A stretch of 64,000 nucleotides of DNA from a virus. Lineage: Duplodnaviria > Caudoviricetes. Where the stretch lies: the IMG/VR virus record IMGVR_UViG_3300001517_000002, positions 32,001-96,000 of that record; one strand, written 5' to 3'. The position numbers and the translations under genes are program-made. Below the pieces are notes generated by a model, which was not told the origin of the DNA, did not search any database, and worked only from the letters and a program-made list of their open reading frames with translations. Positions 9,860 to 20,906 of the stretch are shown here, piece after piece; position 1 is the first letter of the stretch, and each line of letters opens with the position of its first letter.

Positions 9860-11830
9860 TCACCTCTCTTGCATACGGGCTGGCTCAGAAATTCCTGTTA
9901 TAATTTCGTTAATATTGCAACATTCAGCCCAATTAAATTCTACTGTCGTAAAGAGCTGTGGTACGTTTTCTTGATAAATAGTGCTGGGATTTTCAGTAAT
10001 ATTAACTACCCAAACATCACCCTTTTGTGAACGTAAAACAAATTGGCAATCTTGTGTAATAAATTTTCTCCAAGCACGAACCATTTCAATTGTGTCATTG
10101 TAGGTGTTGTCTGGACACGATATACTTCCAATGCCAGCAGATACAGTTCCAGTCATAAAGTCCGTTTGTGTAGAAGTAAGTGAACTATATTTACCAAAAC
10201 CACTATGAAGTGTTTTATCTGTATTTTGTACTACGGTAGTATCATCAATGTCTGTGATAAATTTCCATGTATCTCCAATAAGGAAGAAGGGGAGTCCATT
10301 AACATCTTTTCCACTATCGTGAATAGCGGTGATAGTATATCCGTATTCTGAAGTGATAATTTTATCCGAAAGAACAGCTCTGTTAATTTCAGTTGATTCA
10401 ATTGTTCCAGAATAATATGGCACAAACATATACACATATTCTCCATGAGTGCTGGCTGTATAATCCACAAAAGCTCCCGAACCCCAAAAGTCGCCTATTA
10501 GTGTTTTGTGCGGAAAGCTACCATACTGGCTAATATTTTTTCCTTCAATTCTATAAACTCTAATACCATTACTTATAAGGTTTCCGTCAAAATCTATTCG
10601 TACTGCATTGTTCCATTTTTCTACCTTTGGTGGGTTTATACGAGTAAACTTGACCGTAGTTTCCCTTTCTGGAGCAATAAAATCTTCTGAATAAGCCGTT
10701 ATATCTGTACCGTCCTGACCAATTGCATTAACTACAAATCGGTATATGCGTGTATTATCATTTCCCCCAAATAGCGGACAAAACTTAGAATACCCCTTTT
10801 CATTATCTAAATTGCTTATATCCGAAACATAATAATATTTGTCTTTGTATTTGTCATATTGTTGACCTTGACGTATAACATCTCCTAAATTAACGTCATC
10901 AGTTGTTAGCGCAAAACGCTGTTCGTCATTAGCTACCGCTTTCGCAACATCAACATAATAGTCGTAATCGTCTACAAATGTATATTCTATCTTTTGCGAA
11001 TATCTTTTTCCCGTCTTGGCAACATCATAATATACACCACCATCAGTCTTTTTCTGCATGGTTAGTGTATAATACTTCAAGAAATGATATTGTGCCTGAC
11101 TATAAACAGCAGAAAACTTTACACCATATGCGTTCCACTCTGCGTTCATCGCAACGATTTGCGGTCTTGTTGCGAGTTTAAAATAGTATTGTGGTGTAAC
11201 GATATAATTACAATATATTTGATAAGGAGTTCCTATGGGGTAATCATTTGCAAGACCACTCTCAAGAATAATTTCTCCTGTCGCATAGTTGTAACTTATT
11301 ATTTTTTGAGACTCCCCACCTATTTTTAGTGACATTATATTTAGATAATATGTAATACCACTGTTTACAACCGTTATAGGTTTTTTTATTTCTGCAAAGT
11401 CCCATTCATAAATACTATTTATTTGATTTTCTATAATAAAAGATGTAGAACCAGAAGTGTAAGCTTCTTGAACCTCTCCTCTTAAAACAAAACGGTCTGT
11501 TGCTACACCACCAGAATTTGTCAATCCTCCTATTATCATAAATTGCATTATATATGAACCAACAGGATTAAGATTACTTAATAGTCCTACCCCATAAACA
11601 GTATCATTATTATATGCCAAGGGATTATATTGCATTAATTCGGTGTCATAACTATATATTACCGAATCTGCCTTGGCTAATTGTCCTGTTTCATAATCAA
11701 AAAATCTAACTGCATAAGCTTTTAAATTATCACCTTTAAAGGTAAAACTCACACGAGTTTCATTTTCTTCACTATTTCTATCCAGAGTTATATTATTATC
11801 TGGATATACGTTGATAGGCAGTTGAACCAT
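9860..11830 (-). CDS. Distal tail / baseplate protein
   Basis: First gene after tape measure; beta-rich; C-terminal LRSQKGDVWVV...FNWAE. Confidence 0.55.
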   Translation of the reverse strand: MVQLPINVYPDNNITLDRNSEENETRVSFTFKGDNLKAYAVRFFDYETGQLAKADSVIYSYDTELMQYNPLAYNNDTVYGVGLLSNLNPVGSYIMQFMIIGGLTNSGGVATDRFVLRGEVQEAYTSGSTSFIIENQINSIYEWDFAEIKKPITVVNSGITYYLNIMSLKIGGESQKIISYNYATGEIILESGLANDYPIGTPYQIYCNYIVTPQYYFKLATRPQIVAMNAEWNAYGVKFSAVYSQAQYHFLKYYTLTMQKKTDGGVYYDVAKTGKRYSQKIEYTFVDDYDYYVDVAKAVANDEQRFALTTDDVNLGDVIRQGQQYDKYKDKYYYVSDISNLDNEKGYSKFCPLFGGNDNTRIYRFVVNAIGQDGTDITAYSEDFIAPERETTVKFTRINPPKVEKWNNAVRIDFDGNLISNGIRVYRIEGKNISQYGSFPHKTLIGDFWGSGAFVDYTASTHGEYVYMFVPYYSGTIESTEINRAVLSDKIITSEYGYTITAIHDSGKDVNGLPFFLIGDTWKFITDIDDTTVVQNTDKTLHSGFGKYSSLTSTQTDFMTGTVSAGIGSISCPDNTYNDTIEMVRAWRKFITQDCQFVLRSQKGDVWVVNITENPSTIYQENVPQLFTTVEFNWAECCNINEIITGISEPARMQER

Positions 11831-11852
11831 TATGCCACCTCCTTAAAATATT

Positions 11853-11880
11853 GTCCCCTGTATATTTCTATACAGGGGAC
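11853..11880 (-). terminator. Hairpin after tape measure gene
   Basis: GTCCCCTGTATA-4nt-TATACAGGGGAC perfect 12-bp stem; U-tract weak. Confidence 0.5.
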
Positions 11881-11886
11881 TTGTAA

Positions 11887-14800
11887 TTATTGTTTGCCAG
11901 TATAACTCTCTGTTAATTTGTTTCTAAAATACTGGTCAAGCTCTTTATCGAGATTTCGTGTAAGCTCTCTTGGGTTGTTAGCATATACATTGATAGCCCC
12001 AATAGAAACACCTGATTTGTTATTGTTGTTATTTAACTTAAATCCAGCAAGCTTATTCGCTTCTAACATTGTGTCCGCAATAAGATTTGGAGTATTATGT
12101 ATTAAAGAGTATAACTTTGCAGAATCCCTTGCATTGAGTATTAGTTCAGGAGCATTTTTTCTGCCATGCAGCATTGCAACTCCTGTCTCATCTACAACGC
12201 CACCAGAAGAATAACCACGAATTTTCCCCTCTCTCATTGCCTTGACAGCATCAGTCAAAGACATCTCACCGCCAAGCACACGCTCTACCATTTCCTGACT
12301 CGTAATGACTTCCATACTCTTAATAGCCATATCGTCAAGAATATCACGAGCTTCACGCAAATTATCTAAGCCAGAAACAAAGAAATTAATATCATAATCT
12401 CCACCACTCAAATTATCGAGGGCAGAAGAAAGACTGTCAATGACTGATTGTTTTCTACCTATATCATCAACTAATCCAGAAATCTTGTTTTTAAAAGTTT
12501 CAAAATTACTTGTACGTTGTTCAAGCGTAGAGTTCTCATCAATCTTAACAGTATCAAGATATTGAACGTATTCTCCGTTCTTAGCTTTAAGAGCTGAAAC
12601 GGCATCTTCAACTTGCTTCTTGTAATTCTTCCAAGAATTAATCTGTTCTTGTTTTGATTTGATTTCAGCATCTTTAGCCTTGATTGCTTCTTCTTTGAGC
12701 TTAATCTCAGTATTCGTTAATGTCTTTAAAGCAGCGTTATGATTTTTATATTCTGCTTTAAATTTTTTCATAATGTCTACGTCATGATTAGCAATTTGCT
12801 CACGCCAATCAGCACCGAGTATTTGTTCCGCAAGCAATTCTTCTTCTGCGGTTTGAATTTCCTCTGAAATTACTTTCCAAATTTCAGCATATTCTTCTTC
12901 GAGTTCAATCTGATTGTCTATCTTTGCTAATTCATTGTCACGTTCTTTTTCAAGCTCCTTAATCGCCCGTGCGTTTTCAAAGCTATCGAGGTCACTTTGA
13001 GCATTTTGAACATCTTCTTTAACGCTTTCGTAACGATAGCCTCGTGTTTCGTCATAAACATATCGTTTGTTATTACGAGCATTTTCAAGATTCGCAAGTT
13101 TCTGTGCATATTCAAGAGCATCTTCACGTTCTTCGTTTTCCGTTTTAAGAGCCTCAATACGTTTATTATATGTATCTTCAATAGCCTTGCGTTCATCTTC
13201 AAGTGCTTTCTTTTGTTTTTCTATTGTATTTTGAACAACACTATTAACAGTGTCATACTGTTTAATAATATCTTCTAATGCACTCTTTTGTTCGTTGAGA
13301 CTGTCAAGCTCATCCTGTAAAGATTGCTTTTCGGATTCAAGCGTAGATAATTCTTCTTCGTGCTTGGATATTACATTATCAATAACATATTCCTGTGCCT
13401 TTAAACGATTGTCAATTTCCTTATTTATTGAATCAATATCCTTATTTAACTGGTTGATTTCATCATTAAGTCTTTTCTGTTGAGCCGCAAGTGCCTCGGT
13501 AATGTTTACTGTATTACCAAGTTTTTGTTCCCACTGTGTAATATAAATATTATTTCGTTTAATTTGCTCTCCATACTCTTGTAAGTTTTCTTTGCCCTTC
13601 CTGATTGTTTCAAGTGCAGCTTGATACTCGGCACGATAGGCAGAGTTCGATAATCCTCTTGCTCCCAACAAAGCAACTTCGGCTTGTGCCTCATCCAGAG
13701 TTACTTGCAGTTGTTCTTTCTTGGTCTTTAATGTTTGATTTTCTGTTTCTAATGAAGCGATTTGCTGATTAATATATTGGTCTTTCAGTTCCATCAATTG
13801 TTCTTGATTCAAGACATACTGACCATTAACCATTTTAATGTCCGTAATAATTTTATCAGTATCTAATTCCATTATTTTCCAGAAATCAGCATTTGATAAT
13901 CCTTCGCCATTAGCAAGGGTTTGGAGCGCAGAAGTCATTGTATCAACAGTTTTACCGAAACCACTTTCAATTTCATTCGTGCTCTCAAACCATTTAGCTC
14001 TGGTTTCCTCAACAGATGTATACAAGGTATCAAGTTTGTTTAGATTTTCCTTTGAAACTTCACCAATCACCTCAATGTCTGGAGCTTCAAACTTTCTAAT
14101 TTCAGACATATAGTATTCTGTATTTGCAAGTTCTGTGTTTAAGTGATTATATCTCTTGGTAAGTTTTTCGAGAGTATTCTTATCAACCTCATCAAGTTGA
14201 GAATAAATTTCAATTAATTGTTCAACTTGATTCTTTGCATCTTTGATTTCACCAGATAAATATAGCTTATTAGAAAATAAACCATCTTCAAACTGTAACC
14301 CAGCTACATTATCATATATATTCTGTATACTTTCATCTACACCTTCAATGACATATAAAGATTTTGCTAAATCATCATGTTTAGGTAAGTAAAAATCACC
14401 GTATATATCAAAATCTTGAGGGTTGTTGGGATTATAACCATAGGGGGTAACATTGTAACTTGATATTATTTCAGCTTCTTTTATCTTATCGGCATTTTCA
14501 ATTCGCCATTGTTCATATTGTGCCTTAGATAATTCGTCAATCTTTTGAAGCTGCTCATCATATTTTCCATTAACAAGGTCTAATCCCTTGGCTTCTTCTC
14601 CAAATTTATCAATTAAATCCGTTTGTATTTGAGATAATTTATCCTTTGCATCAACAGTGGTATCAATAGATAAAGCTACTTGTTTATATTGAGTTACAAG
14701 TTCCTCAATACTTTCTGCTTCTTGTATAAAAGATTCTGTACTATCTCTTAACGCATTGGATGTATCAATTGAGTTTTGTCTTACCTCATCTAATTCTTCT

Positions 14801-17800
14801 TCGGTAATAAAAAGTTTGTCTACCAGCTTTCCAATACCTTGTACTAATAAACTTACAGCAAGAGACAAACCAAAACTTAATGCAGCATTAAGGGCAGTTA
14901 CTTTGATTTCAGTCGCTACTGCTTGTGCGCCTGTCGATTTCAACGCCCCTGTAATTTTAGCCAAGCCCTTTGTGTCAGAAGATTTTATATCATTTTGAAT
15001 TTCTTTAAAGGTTTTGCCAAATAATGTAATTTGTTTATTTGCATTATTTGTTTCGTCAACAATAGAACCAAATACACCTACGCCTTTAGTCATACTAAGA
15101 GTCGCGCCCAATCCTGCCATTAAAGTTGGGAATGAGCCAAACACTTTAACTATCTTAGTAAGGATTTCTAAGAATTTTTGCGCTCCACCAAGAAGATTTT
15201 TAGTAAACTCACTATTAACAACAGTTTGTGCAAACTCTTGGTATGCAGCTTTCAGAGTATCAAGAGAATACTGAATAGACTTTGCATATTCGTCTTGTTC
15301 TCTCATAGCAGAACCAGTTGAATTAACTGATTTGTCTAAAACCTCATCAAGTCTCTCGTAATTATTAAGAGCAGCGGCAACAATATTTGATTGACGTTTT
15401 CCTGCGATTGCCTCAAGAAGTGATGCTTGGTCAATATCGCTAATGTCATTCCATACTTTACCAAGTTCCTCGATAATCTGATAAGTTGACTTAAATGTAT
15501 TTTCGTCAATCATTATATCTACGCCAGAGATGCCTTTAATAAGCTCACGAAGTTTAGCTGTAGATTCTACCATTCCTTCGGTATCTTCTCCAGCTTCTTC
15601 AAGCTCTGTTTTAGCACCACGAATACGAAGTGCCACCGTCCTCCAACCTTGTGCAACCATCTCGGGATTCTGAACTATTTCATTCGCAACTGTTGTAAGT
15701 GCAATAGTTTCATCAAGAGTATTATTAGCTGCACTCATAGCAGAAGCTACTCTTTGTAAAGCCAATCCAAGCCCACCAGAATCAATAGCAAAGTTGTTTG
15801 ATACATTATTAATTCTATCAATGATTCTCTCGGCTTCAGAAGCTTCTATATTAAACGCTTTCATGACACTAATAATGCTTTCAGAAGCACTATCTATGTC
15901 AATGCCATCACCTACGTTTTTGTAAAGCGTAGCAACCCTACCAAGCTCCTCGGCATCTGGCAAATTAAAACCAGCTCTGCTAAATGTGCTTGTGGCATTA
16001 ATAACATCACTTACACTTGCACCTAATGTTTTAGCAGTTATAGCAGCAGATTTCTGAAAATCTTCAAACTCTTTATCGCTGGCTTCTGTAACTTTTCTCA
16101 GTTCTACCATTGCATTATCAAGAGTTATAACTTCATTAACTAATGATTTTACAATGCGAATAGCTCCTTGCAAGGAAATCCATTGCATAAGAACCTGACT
16201 GAGCTGAACACGCATATTTCTAAAGAAACTATTTGTTGTTAAATTAGCGGCATCTGCTTCTTTCTTAAACGTAGCTATTTCTTCATTAAGGTGTTTAAAA
16301 TCGTCTGCACTTAAATTGCCACTCCTAAGTCTACTCTGTAACTGTTTTAATTTTTCAGCAAAAGTAGTTATACCGTCTGAGGTGAGTTTAGTTGACTGCG
16401 CTACCTTCTTATTTTTATTAGACCAATCTTCAAGAGAAGCAGAAACTCTTGCTATGCGATTATCAAGAGTAATTTTCGCAGAAGCATTTTTTGCAGTACG
16501 CTCTGACTCTTTAAGAGCTTGTGCCGATTGTCTTTGAAGTTCAACCTCTTTTTGTTGTAAGGCAATGCCATCAAGTTTTGCCTTTGCTAAATTCTGTGCA
16601 TCAATCAAAAGATTATCATATTCTTGTATCTGCTGAGAGATTTCTTTTGTCAGTAAACCTTCGTTCTGTAATCTTTCAATTGTTGAAGCAACAACCTGTC
16701 TGTAACGTGTTACATAACTTTCGGCAACACCCTTTTCTTCATTTGTAGCAGAAGGGGATAAAGTAACCTTAGAATATTGCTGAATTTTCTGATAAGCCGC
16801 ATTTATTTCTCTTAAAGCCTCTAACTGTTTTTTTGTGGAAGAAGAAGCATCCTGAGACTCTAAGTTTTTAGCCAGCTTTATGTCACTTGTAATTTGACTA
16901 ATCAAGATACTAAGTTCTTGATACTGTCTTATCCACTTTTCGTTGTAACCATCTTGTGATTGTGTACGCTGCAAATCAATTAATTTTTGCTGCGCTTCGG
17001 CTAACGAATTAAAAGTAGTTTCAGATTGATTAAGCCCATTTAATCCTTCATAGGCGACCTGTAGATTCTTTAATTCATTAGAGAAGTTTCTCGCATTATT
17101 AATAGCATTGGTAAATTGATTGAGAGAACTATCTCCACCTCTAAGTAACGAGCCTAAATTCTTTACTGCACCATTAAGTGCAACAAATTCAGCCCGTAAT
17201 TCCTCTACATTTCCCTTACCATTCTTTAGTTCTGCAAGCTTTTGTTCAAAGGACTCAAACGAGATTATATCATTATTCAATGTTGCTTTTATGTTGGGTG
17301 CGAAATCTTCACCAACATTTGCTTTAAGAGAAGCCAGTTTTGATGTATACTGGTCTACAAATTTCGTAAGCTGTTCTGCTTGCTTCAAAACGCCACTGTC
17401 ATTGTAAGTACCAGAAACATATTCAAAAGCATTTCCAGTTTCATTTATTTCAAAACGTAAAGTTCTTAATTCTCCACGAGCGTTCTTAATTGTCGCAACA
17501 AGACCGTCTAACGCTTTGCCACTACCGTTTTCGCTATCAGAGCCTTCTTTTCCGCTGTACAGTCCCTTTACACTGACTTCTCCTAAAGGAGCTAATCTCT
17601 TTTCAAGTAAAGTTATGTTCTTATTAGCGTCAGTATATCCATTGGTTGTTAATGCGCTGAAACTTTTGGTAAATGTATCATTCAAATTTCTCAAAGAGTT
17701 AGAAACTTTGTCTACTTCTTTGGTAGTTTTTTGAGAAGCATTTTGAATATTACTCATAACATTTGTTGTTGTGTTACGAGTGTCAAAATCTATATTACCA

Positions 17801-18006
17801 ATATTCAGCTTTAAGTTAGAAGATATTGTATTTAATTGAGACTGTATACGCTGTGTTGTTTTTTTTAAATCAATATTACAGGTAATTTGTAATGCCCTAT
17901 TTGCATTAAGTTGCTCACTAACTGATTTTAAATCGTTCTGTATGGTACTGACCGTTTCTCTCTTTTGTAAGCCAGCAGTTATTACAATCTTACTATTATT
18001 TGCCAT
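11887..18006 (-). CDS. Tail tape measure protein
   Basis: 2039 aa, helical and coiled-coil; TP901-type core (LDNAMVELRKVT...LEAIAGKRQSN); central hydrophobic segment. Confidence 0.92.
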   Translation of the reverse strand: MANNSKIVITAGLQKRETVSTIQNDLKSVSEQLNANRALQITCNIDLKKTTQRIQSQLNTISSNLKLNIGNIDFDTRNTTTNVMSNIQNASQKTTKEVDKVSNSLRNLNDTFTKSFSALTTNGYTDANKNITLLEKRLAPLGEVSVKGLYSGKEGSDSENGSGKALDGLVATIKNARGELRTLRFEINETGNAFEYVSGTYNDSGVLKQAEQLTKFVDQYTSKLASLKANVGEDFAPNIKATLNNDIISFESFEQKLAELKNGKGNVEELRAEFVALNGAVKNLGSLLRGGDSSLNQFTNAINNARNFSNELKNLQVAYEGLNGLNQSETTFNSLAEAQQKLIDLQRTQSQDGYNEKWIRQYQELSILISQITSDIKLAKNLESQDASSSTKKQLEALREINAAYQKIQQYSKVTLSPSATNEEKGVAESYVTRYRQVVASTIERLQNEGLLTKEISQQIQEYDNLLIDAQNLAKAKLDGIALQQKEVELQRQSAQALKESERTAKNASAKITLDNRIARVSASLEDWSNKNKKVAQSTKLTSDGITTFAEKLKQLQSRLRSGNLSADDFKHLNEEIATFKKEADAANLTTNSFFRNMRVQLSQVLMQWISLQGAIRIVKSLVNEVITLDNAMVELRKVTEASDKEFEDFQKSAAITAKTLGASVSDVINATSTFSRAGFNLPDAEELGRVATLYKNVGDGIDIDSASESIISVMKAFNIEASEAERIIDRINNVSNNFAIDSGGLGLALQRVASAMSAANNTLDETIALTTVANEIVQNPEMVAQGWRTVALRIRGAKTELEEAGEDTEGMVESTAKLRELIKGISGVDIMIDENTFKSTYQIIEELGKVWNDISDIDQASLLEAIAGKRQSNIVAAALNNYERLDEVLDKSVNSTGSAMREQDEYAKSIQYSLDTLKAAYQEFAQTVVNSEFTKNLLGGAQKFLEILTKIVKVFGSFPTLMAGLGATLSMTKGVGVFGSIVDETNNANKQITLFGKTFKEIQNDIKSSDTKGLAKITGALKSTGAQAVATEIKVTALNAALSFGLSLAVSLLVQGIGKLVDKLFITEEELDEVRQNSIDTSNALRDSTESFIQEAESIEELVTQYKQVALSIDTTVDAKDKLSQIQTDLIDKFGEEAKGLDLVNGKYDEQLQKIDELSKAQYEQWRIENADKIKEAEIISSYNVTPYGYNPNNPQDFDIYGDFYLPKHDDLAKSLYVIEGVDESIQNIYDNVAGLQFEDGLFSNKLYLSGEIKDAKNQVEQLIEIYSQLDEVDKNTLEKLTKRYNHLNTELANTEYYMSEIRKFEAPDIEVIGEVSKENLNKLDTLYTSVEETRAKWFESTNEIESGFGKTVDTMTSALQTLANGEGLSNADFWKIMELDTDKIITDIKMVNGQYVLNQEQLMELKDQYINQQIASLETENQTLKTKKEQLQVTLDEAQAEVALLGARGLSNSAYRAEYQAALETIRKGKENLQEYGEQIKRNNIYITQWEQKLGNTVNITEALAAQQKRLNDEINQLNKDIDSINKEIDNRLKAQEYVIDNVISKHEEELSTLESEKQSLQDELDSLNEQKSALEDIIKQYDTVNSVVQNTIEKQKKALEDERKAIEDTYNKRIEALKTENEEREDALEYAQKLANLENARNNKRYVYDETRGYRYESVKEDVQNAQSDLDSFENARAIKELEKERDNELAKIDNQIELEEEYAEIWKVISEEIQTAEEELLAEQILGADWREQIANHDVDIMKKFKAEYKNHNAALKTLTNTEIKLKEEAIKAKDAEIKSKQEQINSWKNYKKQVEDAVSALKAKNGEYVQYLDTVKIDENSTLEQRTSNFETFKNKISGLVDDIGRKQSVIDSLSSALDNLSGGDYDINFFVSGLDNLREARDILDDMAIKSMEVITSQEMVERVLGGEMSLTDAVKAMREGKIRGYSSGGVVDETGVAMLHGRKNAPELILNARDSAKLYSLIHNTPNLIADTMLEANKLAGFKLNNNNNKSGVSIGAINVYANNPRELTRNLDKELDQYFRNKLTESYTGKQ

Positions 18007-18558
18007 TTAAGCACTACCCCCTTTCTTTTGAAAATCCAAATGAACATCTTGTCCATTCCATGTAGCTATAACATCATCTGAGGATATATACACACCGTAT
18101 GGATTTTGACGATTAAATTGTGCAATTGCTTTTTCTATGAAATGATAACCCTCATAATAAGTGAAGCGATTAATCCTATGCCCTATTCGTTTTTCCAGTT
18201 TTGGTGCATACCAACCAGAGTTAATTAAAATGGGAACATAAGACTGGTGAGTATGATTGAAATTAGGATGATTAGCCATAGAGTCCATAAAAGAAACACG
18301 AAGCTCTATTCTGTTTCCTTTTACTCTTGCTTGTAAAAAATTTTCAGCGTATAATGAATCCATAAAATCAAATGTACGTTCATACTCGATTGGTTTATAC
18401 GACAGATAATATTCTCTGATATAATTATCTAAAATCTGATAAAGATATTGAACAGCCCCTTCGAGATTTTCTTTTAAGGTTTTTCCGTTTTCCATTTTTA
18501 TTTCTGTTTGCAATATTTTTTCAAGTTGTTTCTCTATACTATCTGCCACATTTACCAC
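18007..18558 (-). CDS. Tail-module hypothetical protein (tail completion-like)
   Basis: Y.P..YERT motif; upstream of tape measure. Confidence 0.5.
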   Translation of the reverse strand: MVNVADSIEKQLEKILQTEIKMENGKTLKENLEGAVQYLYQILDNYIREYYLSYKPIEYERTFDFMDSLYAENFLQARVKGNRIELRVSFMDSMANHPNFNHTHQSYVPILINSGWYAPKLEKRIGHRINRFTYYEGYHFIEKAIAQFNRQNPYGVYISSDDVIATWNGQDVHLDFQKKGGSA

Positions 18559-18559
18559 C

Positions 18560-19099
18560 TTACTTCTTTCTTTTTTTACCTATTACCGCATTAACAAAAG
18601 CTTTTTTATCTACTTTGTTAATTCCACTAAGAACTTCTTTCGCCAAAACAAGACTCTCGGTATTATCTGTGGTTATTATTGTTGATATATCTTCACAAAG
18701 CTTATCAAAAGAAGTTTTCTTAGTATTGATGCGATAATTAATCTGGTCAATAACAGCAGTCTCAATATCACTCCAGATTTCAAGATTAGTTACCTTACGT
18801 TCAATCTCAATAAACCACTGTCCCTGAGACAGCCCATAAATTTCGTTCACGCTATAATCAGAAATATCTAAATCGGTAAAGTATGTTATCATAGCATAAT
18901 GTGTAATAACGGGCTTTCTCCATGACTCATACTCTCCCTTTTCATTAAAACAACTATCTACGATAAGAGAAACAATTTCTGCAAAATCATCAGTAGTTAA
19001 TGTTGTAAATATATTGATAATTTCTCCCTTTATCTTTATAGGCTTACTTTTTTCTTCCTGACACTTTGCAATAATAGTATTAATCTTTGCCATATTCAA
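18560..19099 (-). CDS. Hypothetical protein, possible tail assembly chaperone
   Basis: Co-oriented ORF in tail operon. Confidence 0.45.
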   Translation of the reverse strand: MNMAKINTIIAKCQEEKSKPIKIKGEIINIFTTLTTDDFAEIVSLIVDSCFNEKGEYESWRKPVITHYAMITYFTDLDISDYSVNEIYGLSQGQWFIEIERKVTNLEIWSDIETAVIDQINYRINTKKTSFDKLCEDISTIITTDNTESLVLAKEVLSGINKVDKKAFVNAVIGKKRKK

Positions 19100-19647
19100 T
19101 TCTCCTTTTCTATTTCCGTTGCGTATCGTCCAAGAGCTATGCTATCAGACAAATCGTCAACTGTTATATCAAGACCATAATAGTCATTTACTTTCTTCAT
19201 AATATCTTTTTTACGTTCTGGACGTTTTATTGTTCTGTCATATGTGCCCCAAGTATTTATCCACTTACTTTCTTCAATTATTTTATATGGGATATTTAAG
19301 GTATGGCACAAATGAGCAATAAAACCCTGTAATCTACCCAGCGACTTATAGCCCTTTGGGTTTCCATTTTCAAAAATCTCCTCAAAATAAACTACATCAG
19401 GGGCAATTTTACGCAATTCCTTTTCAATAATATCTGTAATGAGCGTTGTTCTTAATAGCGTTATTTCATATTTCCACTCAGGCATATCAATAAAAAGTGT
19501 ACGCTTAGTCTTGTCGTAGACATAAGAAACTTCATCGATACGTTTCTTCTTTTTGGGTTTGATTAAGTAGTAATTAACAAGCTCTCCATTTTCAAATACA
19601 GACAACCCTGTTGCGGTTGTACTTTGGTCTAAAGCAATAATTGTCAT
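19096..19647 (-). CDS. RuvC-like Holliday junction resolvase
   Basis: IIALDQSTTATG, VYFEE, DDLSDSIALG RNase H-fold acidic motifs. Confidence 0.8.
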   Translation of the reverse strand: MTIIALDQSTTATGLSVFENGELVNYYLIKPKKKKRIDEVSYVYDKTKRTLFIDMPEWKYEITLLRTTLITDIIEKELRKIAPDVVYFEEIFENGNPKGYKSLGRLQGFIAHLCHTLNIPYKIIEESKWINTWGTYDRTIKRPERKKDIMKKVNDYYGLDITVDDLSDSIALGRYATEIEKEN

Positions 19648-19662
19648 TTATTCCTCCCTTAT

Positions 19663-19702
19663 AAAAAAAATAGGGGTAAGCCAAATTGTATGACTTACCC
19701 CT
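19663..19702 (-). terminator. Intrinsic terminator
   Basis: AGGGGTAAG...CTTACCCCT stem with 8 T on minus strand. Confidence 0.7.
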
Positions 19703-19706
19703 TTCA

Positions 19707-20033
19707 TTATTCTATTTCTTCGTTATTTGTATCTTCTTTTGGTTTGGGCTTTGAAACTCTTTTAGGAGTGCCTTTTGAAATAATTTTCTTAATATCTCTT
19801 GACACAGCTTCAAGGTACGGCATTTCACTATCAATTGAAATACCGAGACTTGCAAAGGCTTCAGCCGTTTCTTTAGCATTTGTAACTCCTTCACGATACT
19901 CTCTGAGAAGATGTACAATTTGATAATGCTCTGGAGAACAAGTTATTGCCCTCCAACTTCCAATTTCCCCACAAGAACGACAATAGTGATAGCCCTTACC
20001 ACAAATCTGACAATAAGCGTTTATTTCAGCCAT
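19707..20033 (-). CDS. Zn-finger hypothetical protein
   Basis: CQICG..Y.YCRSC...WR..TCSPEH. Confidence 0.6.
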   Translation of the reverse strand: MAEINAYCQICGKGYHYCRSCGEIGSWRAITCSPEHYQIVHLLREYREGVTNAKETAEAFASLGISIDSEMPYLEAVSRDIKKIISKGTPKRVSKPKPKEDTNNEEIE

Positions 20034-20046
20034 TTAAATCTCACCA

Positions 20047-20883
20047 TCAAGGAGTCTCAGGGAGTGTGGGGAATACCACTCTAAAGAGCTGTTTGTTCTC
20101 GTCACAATAATCCTGCTGAGCGGAGAACGAGAAGGGGAATGTATCTGTCTTGCCAAAGCTTGCAGTTACAGAAGCAGAGAGCTGCGCCTTGGGGAAGATG
20201 GTATAACCAGCAAGAGCTGCGCCACAAGCTGTTTCAAAAAGTCCCTCTACAACAATCTCAATGTCCTTGGGGAACTTATCAGCAGAGTTAATGATTGCAA
20301 CACAGTCCTCGGAATTGAAGTCATATTCCACAAAGAGCTTATCGCCTTCCTTTATGTCTCCGTCTGCAAAAGTAAGTGTCTTTGTACCAGAGGTATAAGT
20401 AAATACTCCGTCAGACGCAGCCTGACCAAGTTTGAAAATTTTCTTAGGATAATCGTCTTTGCCAAGAATACAAACTGAAATCTTATACTCAGGAACAGAC
20501 TCAGTTCCAACATTAGCAGCGGCATACTTGAGGGTATACTCAGTTAAAGTATCTCCTGCCTTATATGTCTTTACAGGGTCAGAAATAGGAACTATAATTC
20601 CATTACCAGTAGTGCCGAATGTCTTACCCTCGCCATTAAGTTGCTGAGAATAAAGGTCAAGATTCCAGAAGGTTTCGTCACCAGTAAACTGACCTGTCTT
20701 TGCGTTCATCCAACGCTTAATAGGAGTACCCTCTGCATCGTTCTTTACAACTTCCTGTGCATCGCACTGTAATGAACCATTTGATACCTTTCCAGTGATA
20801 AAAAGAATCTCGGCAGTTGTACGGTCACGACCAACAATACGCTGAATTATATCAGGAATAACACCTGTTACATTTGTAGCCAT
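20047..20883 (-). CDS. Major tail (tube) protein
   Basis: Start reassigned to MATNVTG after AGGAAAG; beta-rich; typical position. Confidence 0.7.
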   Translation of the reverse strand: MATNVTGVIPDIIQRIVGRDRTTAEILFITGKVSNGSLQCDAQEVVKNDAEGTPIKRWMNAKTGQFTGDETFWNLDLYSQQLNGEGKTFGTTGNGIIVPISDPVKTYKAGDTLTEYTLKYAAANVGTESVPEYKISVCILGKDDYPKKIFKLGQAASDGVFTYTSGTKTLTFADGDIKEGDKLFVEYDFNSEDCVAIINSADKFPKDIEIVVEGLFETACGAALAGYTIFPKAQLSASVTASFGKTDTFPFSFSAQQDYCDENKQLFRVVFPTLPETP

Positions 20884-20906
20884 GTAATCACTTTCCTTTC
20901 TTTTTT

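Noticed and set aside
19096-19647. RuvC-like gene as TnpB/Cas12 or a transposon
   Set aside because: 183 aa with only the resolvase fold, no Zn finger or element ends; a packaging-associated resolvase is ordinary in phages
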